DNA of 64,000 nt, from assembly GCA_964236515.1 (NCBI GenBank), contig CAXSDA010000014.1, positions 76,828 through 140,827 on the forward strand, in the 5' to 3' direction. This DNA comes from an uncultured Actinoplanes sp. GTDB taxonomy: Bacteria > Actinomycetota > Actinomycetes > Mycobacteriales > Micromonosporaceae. A model generated the notes under the pieces. That model saw nothing but the letters and a program-made list of their open reading frames with translations. It was not told the DNA's origin and did no database searches. The translations under genes and the position numbers were made by a program. Below are positions 9,258 through 17,312 of the stretch, piece after piece; positions within the stretch are counted from its first letter, which is position 1, and the number at the start of each line of letters is the position of its first letter.

Positions 9258-9860
9258 ATGAACCGAGTCGTACGCACCTGCGTCATCGCGACCACCGTCG
9301 CCGCCACCGCCCTCGGCGTGGCCGGCCCGGCCGCCGCCACGGCCCCCTCGACGAAGTCCCTGGATGTCACGAAGAAGGCGGTCACCGCCCGGATCGACCT
9401 GCGCCTGGCCGCTCTGACCAAGTTTTCCGTCGTGCTCGGCCAGGGGAAGAAGGTCTCCTCGGACCACCGCTCCACGCTCACCGCGCTGATCAAGGAACAG
9501 TCCTCCGACCTGAGCACCCTGCGCAGCAAGGTCGCCGGCGAGACCACGACTGCCGCGGTCAGGACCGACGCCAAGGCGATGGTCGACAACTTCCGGGTCT
9601 TCATCCTGACCGGCCCGAAGGTACGTCTCACCGTGGTCATCGACACCGAACTCGCGGTCGACGCGAAGCTCAAGCAGCAGCCGAACGCCGACACCGCCAA
9701 GCTGAACGCGGTCGGCGCCGGCCTCGACGGCAAGGTTTCCACTCTGCTGGCAATCAAGCCCGGCCCCGACGGCGACGCCATCCGGGCCCAGGTCAAGACC
9801 GTCCGGGACGCGGCCAAGACCGCCCGGACCTCGCTGAAGTCACTCCGCAAGACCAAGTGA
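9258..9860 (+). CDS. Secreted, basic, probably helical hypothetical protein
   Basis: Signal peptide ending PAAA; Lys/Ala-rich amphipathic segments; starts 14 nt after the lipoprotein stop. Confidence 0.8.
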   Translation: MNRVVRTCVIATTVAATALGVAGPAAATAPSTKSLDVTKKAVTARIDLRLAALTKFSVVLGQGKKVSSDHRSTLTALIKEQSSDLSTLRSKVAGETTTAAVRTDAKAMVDNFRVFILTGPKVRLTVVIDTELAVDAKLKQQPNADTAKLNAVGAGLDGKVSTLLAIKPGPDGDAIRAQVKTVRDAAKTARTSLKSLRKTK

Positions 9861-9868
9861 CAACCCCG

Positions 9869-9896
9869 GTGGGCGGCTCTCCTCAGGGCCGCCCAC
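9869..9896 (+). terminator. Hairpin terminator
   Basis: GTGGGCGGC...GCCGCCCAC 9-bp stem just after stop 9860. Confidence 0.55.
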
Positions 9897-10100
9897 GGTG
9901 ATGGCGATCTTGCCGCGGACGCGACCTGCTTCGAGCTGCCGTACGGCGAGCGGCACGTCCTCGAGCGGACAGGTGCGGTCGATGCTCGGAACGAGCCGGC
10001 CGGCCTCGATCAGGCCGGTGAGGCGTTCGTAGGCGCCGGCGCGCTCCGCGGCGACCAGGAAGGCGAGACGCTGCCTGAGGAAGACGGAGAGTCGTATCCT
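9894..10100 (-). pseudogene. C-terminal remnant of an NAD(P)-dependent zinc-binding ADH/quinone reductase family gene
   Basis: Hand translation: LSVFLRQRLAFLVAAERAGAYERLTGLIEAGRLVPSIDRTCPLEDVPLAVRQLEAGRVRGKIAITV. No start and no N-terminal domain. Confidence 0.75.
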
Positions 10101-10283
10101 TCGCGGTGGGCGACCACCGCCTGCACATCGACCGTCGGTACTGGTCCGGGTGCGACCCGATAGGCTTTCCGGTAGTGGGTCCCAGCTCCAGCCGGTCTGG
10201 GCGCTACCGTCTGATTGTCGCGGAGTCGGCCCTTCGAGATCCGCGACGAGCAGTCACGTCCGGGACAGCACGAGGAGACACCG

Positions 10284-10493
10284 ATGACCGACGCCACCAG
10301 CGACGCCGATCCCGCCACCGACGACGGCGAGGCCGAACCGGAGCAGCCGCCGCAGCCCTTCGAGAACCGGGCGGCGCGCCGGTCAAAGGGGAAGACGACC
10401 GTGAACCACACCGAGAATTCCGGGGGCCGCGTCAACGGCCGTTCCGGCGCCGTGCAGAGCCCTCGCCAGTACGGCAACCGTCGTAGCGGCTGA
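10284..10493 (+). CDS. Small hypothetical protein (69 aa), acidic N-terminus and basic C-terminus
   Basis: GAGGAG RBS before ATG 10284; FENRAARRSKGK...QSPRQYGNRRSG. Confidence 0.7.
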   Translation: MTDATSDADPATDDGEAEPEQPPQPFENRAARRSKGKTTVNHTENSGGRVNGRSGAVQSPRQYGNRRSG

Positions 10494-10523
10494 CTCCCGT
10501 TCGGATCGCCGCCGGCCGGCGGC

Positions 10524-11930
10524 TCAGTTGCGCGCGGCGGTGTCGCTGAACACGCCGTCGGCGTCGTAGAACCGGCGGACGTCGTCCAGGCGCCTGGCGC
10601 TCGCCCCGTACACCGCTGTCCGCGCGGTCTCGTCGTCGAGGCCGGCGAAGTTGACGTACACGCCACCGTTCGAGAACGGGTCCAGTGCCGTCCACGACGT
10701 GCGCGCCCAGTCCAGGGCGGTGCCGTCGAACGCGGGGTCGGACCAGTTCGCGTCGATACTGAGGTTGTACCGCGCGCCGCGGTGCGGGTAGCTGCCGTCC
10801 TCGCCGCTCACCCGGGCGATCGCCCCGCCGAGCGTCCGGATGACCATCAGTGACTCCGGGTTGGGTCGTTTCGCGTCGCAGGCGAGCACGGCGTCGATCG
10901 CATCGTCGTCGAGGCCGTCCAGGAAGTGCGACTTGAAGAAGTAGCGGCCGCCGTCGGGGAAGGCCGGGTCCAGGGCACTCTGCACCGCCACGTACGGAAC
11001 GGTTCCGCTGACGTCCATCAACGGGTCTCCGAGCTGCCTCAGCGGGGCCAGCGCGGCGGACCCGTGGGCGGGGTCGCCGGCGTAGACGGCCGCCACGATG
11101 ACCACCTTCTGCCCGTGCAGCTCCGACGGGATCGCCGGGTCCGGCGGGACGCTCCACAGCACGATCTCCGGCGCGACCGTCACCGGAGCGTCCAGGGTCA
11201 GGTCCCGCCATCCGCGCAACACCTGCCGGGCCTGCTCGTACGGGTAGAACACCTGCGCGGTGGCGACCTGGGGCCCCAGCGGGTAGAGGTCGAACTCGAA
11301 GGAGGTCACCACCCCGAGGCCCCGGCCACCGCCGCAGGCGGCCCAGAACAGATCGGTGTGCTCGGTGCGGCTGGCGGTGCGGACCACACCGTCGGCGGTC
11401 ACGATCTCCAGGGACCGGACGTTGTCGCAGGCCAGGCCGTGTGCCCGCATGATCCGCCCCATGCCCCCGCCGAGGGTGAACCCGGCGACCCCGGTCTGGG
11501 AGACCTCCCCGCCGGGGGTCACCAGGCCGAACTGCTGCGTCGCCCGGTCGACGTCGGCCCACCGTGCGCCCGCCTCGACCCGGGCCGTGCGGGCGACCGG
11601 GTCGACGTGCACGCCGCGCATCGTCGAGAGGTCGATGACCAGTCCGTCGTCGCAGACCGCGCCGCCGGCCACCTGGTGTCCGCCGCCACGGATGCTGACC
11701 ACCGGCCGGAACCGCCGGGCGACCTCGACCGCCTCGACGACGTCAGCGGTGTCCGCGCAGCGCGCGATGACCGCCGGATGCCGATCGATCAGGCCGTTCC
11801 ACACCCGCCGGGCCGCGTCGTAGTCCGGGTGGGTCCGGTCCAGGACCGGACCGCGCATCCGGTGGAGCAGCGCCTCCTTGATCGCCTCGTGGGTCTCCCG
11901 GGCCGGTGATGTCGGTTCGCTGATGGTCAT
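10524..11930 (-). CDS. FAD-binding oxidoreductase, berberine-bridge-enzyme-like
   Basis: DYDAARRVWNGLIDRHPAVIARC, IRGGGHQVAG (flavinylation His), TGVAGFTLGGG, GGGRGLGVVTSF, YVNF. Confidence 0.93.
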   Translation of the reverse strand: MTISEPTSPARETHEAIKEALLHRMRGPVLDRTHPDYDAARRVWNGLIDRHPAVIARCADTADVVEAVEVARRFRPVVSIRGGGHQVAGGAVCDDGLVIDLSTMRGVHVDPVARTARVEAGARWADVDRATQQFGLVTPGGEVSQTGVAGFTLGGGMGRIMRAHGLACDNVRSLEIVTADGVVRTASRTEHTDLFWAACGGGRGLGVVTSFEFDLYPLGPQVATAQVFYPYEQARQVLRGWRDLTLDAPVTVAPEIVLWSVPPDPAIPSELHGQKVVIVAAVYAGDPAHGSAALAPLRQLGDPLMDVSGTVPYVAVQSALDPAFPDGGRYFFKSHFLDGLDDDAIDAVLACDAKRPNPESLMVIRTLGGAIARVSGEDGSYPHRGARYNLSIDANWSDPAFDGTALDWARTSWTALDPFSNGGVYVNFAGLDDETARTAVYGASARRLDDVRRFYDADGVFSDTAARN

Positions 11931-12253
11931 GACGGTGTGCTCCCTGCTTCTTGCGGAATGAGGACCGTGATGGTGGTGGGTGCGTCGAGGAGGTCGTACT
12001 CGCGAACCGTGAGGTCTTTGAAGGCCGGGTTGGCCCTCAGGTCCCGGAACAGGTCGGTGTCGCGCGACCGGTCGGCGTCGCCCCGGGTGGAGAACAGATA
12101 GACGCCGCCGTACGTCCCGGAGGTGGCATCGCCCAGCCACCACTTGGCCAGAAGTCCCGGCCACGCCCGGAAGGCCGGGGCGATCTCCGTGGCGTGGCGG
12201 GCGTAGTCATCGGCGGGGACGTCGAGGGTGAAGGTGACGATGCGGACACGCAT
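11927..12253 (-). CDS. YdhR-like putative monooxygenase
   Basis: AFRAWPGLLAKWWL..TSGTYGGVYLF pattern; ATGA overlap with the FAD oxidase start. Confidence 0.8.
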   Translation of the reverse strand: MRVRIVTFTLDVPADDYARHATEIAPAFRAWPGLLAKWWLGDATSGTYGGVYLFSTRGDADRSRDTDLFRDLRANPAFKDLTVREYDLLDAPTTITVLIPQEAGSTPS

Positions 12254-12396
12254 GTCGGCACCTTTCGTCGGAGGATTGGCACGCCTCAGACGCTAGGAGA
12301 ATCGCCCCCGCGGTTCATCGGGTGAACGCTCCAGGGCGCGCTCCATTCACGAATGGAGCGGTCGGCCGGCGAACCGTTTCCGCCGGGTGGACGGGC

Positions 12397-14292
12397 TCAG
12401 CCGGACAGGCCCGCGGCGGCCCATGCGCGGGCGGCCTGGGTCCGGTTGTGCACACCGAGTTTGGTGAAGATGTTGCTGACGTGCCGGTTGGCCGTGCGTT
12501 CGCTGATGAACAGCACCTGAGCCAGCCGGGCGTTCGTCATCCCCTCCGCGAGCAGCGCGATCACCTCCTGCTCCCGGGCGGTCAGGGTCAGCAGGGCGGT
12601 ACGGCCGGCGGAATCCGGGACCGCCGTCGCCGGCGGCGGGGCCAGCTGCTCGGCGAGGACGTGACCGCCGATCCAGGCGTCCACACCCCCCGGGCCGAAG
12701 TCCAGGCACGCGACGACGAATCGCCGCTCGCCGACGGACACCTCCGCCAGCGATTCGAAGCCCATCATCTGCAGCACCGGCGCCGCGGCGGGCCAGTCGG
12801 CGACGACGGTGTAGACGCGCCGAAGGGTCGCCCGCAGCTCGAGGTAGGTGCGCTTGAGGTCGACCACGAGCCCCGCCACCTCCGAGGTCGGCTCCTCGCC
12901 GTGGCGGCGGCCCAGGGCCCACCGGAACACGACGGCCCGCGCATCGGCCGGCATCGGGTCGCGTCGCAGATGGCCGATCACCGCCCCGATCGCCGGGTCC
13001 TCGAGCGGCACGTCGGCCGGGTCACCCAGGGTGGCCACGACGGAGAAGCCGGCCACTCCCCCGCTCTCTCCCCGTACGACGCTGAACGCCTCTCGCCGCA
13101 TCCCCCACCAGCGTGCGGTCAGCCGGGAGGAGTCCTCGCCGGTGAATCTCCGGGCGATGGCGACGATCTGGTCGCGGTCCTCGGCGCGGGCCCGCTCGAC
13201 CGGATGCTGCAGCATCCCCGGCGGCGCGTAGGCGTTACGGATCAGCGGGTTCTGCACCAGGTGGAGCAGATCGGCGGTGCTCTGCCAGTCCAGGCCCACG
13301 GCCAGGGAGTCCACGATGGCCTGCGCGGCGCGGGCCCGCAGCCCGCGCACCCGCAACGGGTCGCGCAGCTCCAGCGCCTCGAGCAGGACCGGCGCGGCCA
13401 CCCCGGACAGCTCGAGGCCCGCGGCCGTCGTGGTCGTGAACGGCAGACTCCGCAGAATCCGCCAGGCCTCCTCGATGTCCTGCCCGTCCACGACGGCGGC
13501 CAGGAGCGGCATGGTGACGCGCCGCAGGACCGACACCGCCTCCACCGTGCCGCGCTCCGGAAGCGGGAGGTCGTCGAGGATCACCGAGAACAGTTCCTCG
13601 ACCACGTCGGCCGGCGCCCCCGATCCGAGCACGAGACCGGGCCGGCGGGCGAGCGCCTCCGCGGTGACCACCACCGCCAGCGGATGCCCGCGGGCGAAGG
13701 TCCGGATCCGCTCGGCGTCGTCACCCCGGGCTCCATGGGCGGCGAGCAGCAGGTCGACCTCGTCGGTGGTCATCGGTCCCAGGACCAGCTCGGCCAGCAG
13801 ACTGCGCCAGCCCGGTGCCGTGCGCCAGGCGACGTTGGGACCACGCCGGCCGACCAGGACGACCGTGACGGAGGCGGGCAGAGCACCGGTCAGTTCGTTC
13901 CTGATCCACCCGTCGAGCAGATTGAGACGCTCGAAGCTGTCGATCACCAGGACGTCCGCGCCGGCGTCGGCGATCGCCTGGGCGGCAGCGGTGGCCGACG
14001 ACGGCGCCGGCACGCCGAGGGCGGTGCCCAGCGCGGCGAGGGCTCCGGGCACGGTCGGTTCCACCTGGCGGCCGTCGAGAGTCACCGCTGTCAGCGGCAA
14101 GGACGCCAGCGTGCCGGTGATCAACGCCGTCTTCCCGATCCCACCGGGGCCGTGGACGAAGACGGCCGCCGGGCCGTCCGGCGCAAGCATGGCGGTCAGC
14201 CGCGCGCGTTCCTCCGTACGGCCGACAAGAGCGCTGGCCGCCGCGGCAGTCAGACGCTCCGATACGGATCCCCGAGGACGGGTGGAGGACAC
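12397..14292 (-). CDS. AAA ATPase / LuxR-HTH transcriptional regulator
   Basis: Walker A GPGGIGKT; C-terminal LTAREQEVIALLAEGMTNARLAQVLFISERTANRHVSNIFTKLGV. Confidence 0.9.
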   Translation of the reverse strand: MSSTRPRGSVSERLTAAAASALVGRTEERARLTAMLAPDGPAAVFVHGPGGIGKTALITGTLASLPLTAVTLDGRQVEPTVPGALAALGTALGVPAPSSATAAAQAIADAGADVLVIDSFERLNLLDGWIRNELTGALPASVTVVLVGRRGPNVAWRTAPGWRSLLAELVLGPMTTDEVDLLLAAHGARGDDAERIRTFARGHPLAVVVTAEALARRPGLVLGSGAPADVVEELFSVILDDLPLPERGTVEAVSVLRRVTMPLLAAVVDGQDIEEAWRILRSLPFTTTTAAGLELSGVAAPVLLEALELRDPLRVRGLRARAAQAIVDSLAVGLDWQSTADLLHLVQNPLIRNAYAPPGMLQHPVERARAEDRDQIVAIARRFTGEDSSRLTARWWGMRREAFSVVRGESGGVAGFSVVATLGDPADVPLEDPAIGAVIGHLRRDPMPADARAVVFRWALGRRHGEEPTSEVAGLVVDLKRTYLELRATLRRVYTVVADWPAAAPVLQMMGFESLAEVSVGERRFVVACLDFGPGGVDAWIGGHVLAEQLAPPPATAVPDSAGRTALLTLTAREQEVIALLAEGMTNARLAQVLFISERTANRHVSNIFTKLGVHNRTQAARAWAAAGLSG

Positions 14293-14359
14293 CCCCGTAG
14301 ACTACGGCGCAGCCGAGCCACGGTGCCGGAACGCGGACGAAGTATGGGGACCGGTGTCC

Positions 14360-14824
14360 ATGACGTCTCAACGTTTCGCCGTCGCGATCACCGCCGTGCG
14401 AGGGGGCACCCTGACGGTGCCGGTCCCGTTCAACCCGGACGAGGTCTGGGGCGCCAAGCAGCACCACCATGTCGCCGGCACCGTCAACGGCTCTCCGGTA
14501 CGGGCAGTCGTCGAGCCGGCCGGCGACGGCTTCGCGTTCACTCTCGGTCCGAAATCACCCGGCGCTCGCGGAGTCGGTGTCGGTGACCTGGTCACCGTGG
14601 AGATCGCACCTGAGGGGCCGCAACGTGACGACCTCGCCGAAGACGTCGCGGCGGCATTGGCGGCCGAACCGGACGCCGGGGTGTTCTTCGACTCGCTCGC
14701 ACAGTTCTACCGCCACGCCTATCTACGGTGGATCGACGCGACGAAGCGCCGACCGGACCAGCGTGCCGGACGCATCGCGGAAATGGTCCATCTCCTGAAG
14801 TCCGGGACCAAGCAACGGCCCTGA
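14360..14824 (+). CDS. DUF1905 + YdeI/OmpD-associated (OmdA-like) protein
   Basis: VPVPFNPDEVWG..VAGTVNG; DLAEDVAAALAAEPDA..FFDSLAQFYRHAYLRWI..TKRRP. Confidence 0.85.
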   Translation: MTSQRFAVAITAVRGGTLTVPVPFNPDEVWGAKQHHHVAGTVNGSPVRAVVEPAGDGFAFTLGPKSPGARGVGVGDLVTVEIAPEGPQRDDLAEDVAAALAAEPDAGVFFDSLAQFYRHAYLRWIDATKRRPDQRAGRIAEMVHLLKSGTKQRP

Positions 14825-14894
14825 CCTCACGATCCCCCCTCGCCCGCGAGCCACCACCAGACGCGCTCCTCTCGGAGACACGGGCGCATGACGG

Positions 14895-15370
14895 GTGTTC
14901 GGCCTCGGAGGAGGGAGATTCCCCGTCGGCTCGAGCTGCCCGGCGGCAGTGAGTGCCCTCCGGGCGTACGGCATCGAAAGGGTCGCCCTGGTCCATCCGC
15001 CGTGGTTCGACGATGAGATCAACGATCTGGGCGCCGCCTACTTCCGGAATCAGGGCTTCGACACCGTCGCGTCGAGGGCGGACTCCCTGCCTGACAACCC
15101 GGCGGACGTACGGCCGGAGCCCGTGGTGGAGTGGCTCAGCCGCCACCTCGGCGACAAAACCGAGGCCGTGTTCTTCGGCGGCAACGGTTCCCGCGCCGCG
15201 GACGCCGTCGAGCCTCGGGAACGGCTTACCGGCCGTCTGGTCCTCGAAGCCGACCAGGTCTTGCGGTGGTCGATTCTGAGCGGAACCCGGACCCCGCTCC
15301 CCATCACCGCGTACGGACGGCTCCTTGGTGACAGCCGGCCGTCGCCGGACCCGGGAACGCACCCGTATGG
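14895..15370 (+). pseudogene. 5'-truncated maleate cis-trans isomerase / Asp-Glu racemase family remnant
   Basis: CPAAVSALRAYGIERVALVHPPWFDDEINDLGAAYFRNQGF...GGNG; N-terminal half missing and reading frame runs on into the convergent TetR gene. Confidence 0.7.
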
Positions 15371-15372
15371 GA

Positions 15373-15966
15373 TCAGGCGAGAGAGTCGATCCAGCGCTGC
15401 AGGCGGTTGGCCTCGCCGGTCAGGATGGCCGGGTCCCGCAGGGTGTTGGCCAGCAGGGCCGCGCCCTCGTAGGCGGCGACGAGGGCGATGCCCAGTTCGC
15501 GGGCGTCCGCACGGCCCATGCCGGCGAACTCGGCGGTCGCGATGTCGATCAGCCGGCCGAGAACCGAGGCCCCGCGGTCGGTGAGGGCGTCGTTGCGTTT
15601 GTCGAGCTCGGAGCACAGGGAGCCGATCGGGCAGCCGTACCGGGTGATCCGCTCGGCGGCGCCGGCCAGCAGACCGACGAAGGCCTTGAGCCGGTCCGGC
15701 GGTGCAGGCTGCGCGTCAAGCAGTTCGTGGACCTTGGCGTAATCGTCGTCGTACGCGTCGAGAACCGCCCGGATCAGGTCGTCCTTGGTCTTGAAGTAGT
15801 AGTACACGTTGCCGACCGGCACGCCGGCGGCGGTGGCCACGTCGGCCAGGGTGGTGCTGTGCACGCCGTGTTCGTGGACGGTGCGGCGGGCCGCGACGAC
15901 CAGAGCGTCGCGTTTCTGGCCGCCCCGGGCCGGCCGGGGCCGGCGCGAGGACGTTGAGTCGGTCAC
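15373..15966 (-). CDS. TetR/AcrR family regulator
   Basis: HTH TTLADVATAAGVPVGNVYYYFKTKDDL; C-terminal GCPIGSLCSEL. Confidence 0.93.
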   Translation of the reverse strand: MTDSTSSRRPRPARGGQKRDALVVAARRTVHEHGVHSTTLADVATAAGVPVGNVYYYFKTKDDLIRAVLDAYDDDYAKVHELLDAQPAPPDRLKAFVGLLAGAAERITRYGCPIGSLCSELDKRNDALTDRGASVLGRLIDIATAEFAGMGRADARELGIALVAAYEGAALLANTLRDPAILTGEANRLQRWIDSLA

Positions 15967-15991
15967 CTAACTGACTATAGACAGCCACTCA

Positions 15992-16024
15992 TTGACATGC
16001 CTAAGGTCAGTCAGTCGACTGACT
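15992..16024 (+). promoter_or_regulatory. TTGACA -35 hexamer and 16-bp palindromic operator
   Basis: TTGACA at 15992-15997; AGTCAGTCGACTGACT at 16009-16024 is a perfect palindrome, in the divergent TetR/MFS gap. Confidence 0.75.
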
Positions 16025-16041
16025 AACTCGGAGGCGCATCC

Positions 16042-17312
16042 ATGGCACGGTCCACCACATCGCCGCCTCGGCGGTCCTGGCTGATTCTGGCCGTACTGGC
16101 GCTGGCCCAGCTGATGATCGTGCTGGACGCGACGATCGCGTTGCCGACGGCGCAGCGTGATCTCGGGTTCTCGGTCGCGGATCGCCAATGGTCGTGACGG
16201 TGTATTCGCTGGCCTTCGGCGGCCTGCTTGTCATCGGTGGCCGGGTCGGTGATCTGGTCGGCCGGCGGCGCACATTCCTGATCGGCCTGATCGGGTTCGC
16301 CGCGGCGTCCGTCGCCGGTGGCGCCGCGCCCTCGTTCGGGGCCTTGGTCGCCGCCCGGGGCGTGCCGGGCGGGTTCGCGGCGCTGCTCGCCCCGTCGGCG
16401 CTGGCCCTGGTGTCGACGACGTTCACCGCCCAGAAGGATCGGGCGAAGGCGTTGAGTGTGTACACCGCGGTGGCCGGCGGCGGAGGCGCGATCGGCCTGC
16501 TGCTCGGAGGTGCGTTGACCGGGGCGGTGAGCTGGCGCTGGTGCCTGTACGTCAACGTCGTCTTCGCCCTGGTGGCGCTGGTCGGTGCGGTGCTGCTGCG
16601 GCCACGCGGGGCCGGGTCCCGCGGTGACCGGCTGGCTCTCGTGGGCAGCCTCGTCGCGGCCGGCGGACTCGCCGGGCTCGTGTCCGGGCTGGGTCAGGCG
16701 TCCACGCACGGCTGGGCCTCGGCCGCGACGCTGGTGCCGCTGGTGCTGGGCGCCACGTTGCTGGCCGTGTTCACACCGATCGAGTCGAGGGTGCGGCGCC
16801 CGCTGGTGCCGCCGTCGGTGCTCGCCGGCCGGACCCGGGGTGGCGCCTATCTCGGCCTGGTCGTCGGCGGGATCGGTGTGTTCGGCATGTTCCTGGTGCT
16901 GACCTACTACCTGCAGACCGTCCTCGGCTACGCGCCGCTCCGCGCCGGTCTGGCGTTCGTCGCCGCGGTCAGCGTGACTGCCGCGCTGGTGGGCAACCGG
17001 CTGCTGCCCCGCTTCGGCCCGCGCCTGGTCGTCCCGGCCGGCATGGTGGTGGCGGTGGCCGGCGCCGGCTAGCTGAGCCGCCTGGAGGGAGACGGTGGAT
17101 ACGCCGTGCGCGTGCTGCCCGGTCTGATCCTGATCGGAGTCGGAGCGGCCGGGATCCTGGTCCCCGCGTTCAACCTCGGACCGGCCGGGGTGCCGGTCGA
17201 GGATACGGGCGTCGCCTCGGCGCTGGTCAACAGCAGCAACCAGATCGGCGGCAGCATCGGCGCGTCCCTGCCGGCGGCGGTGGCCGTTCCGTGCGGGCAG
17301 GTGCACGCATGA
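16042..17312 (+). pseudogene. DHA2/EmrB-QacA-type MFS transporter, disrupted
   Basis: MARSTT..LAQLMIVLDATI-ALP..DRQW, then a 1-nt deletion frameshift near 16190-16197; in-frame TAG at 17070-17072, after which LSRL..VLPGLILIG..DTGVASALVN continues in the same frame. Confidence 0.85.
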
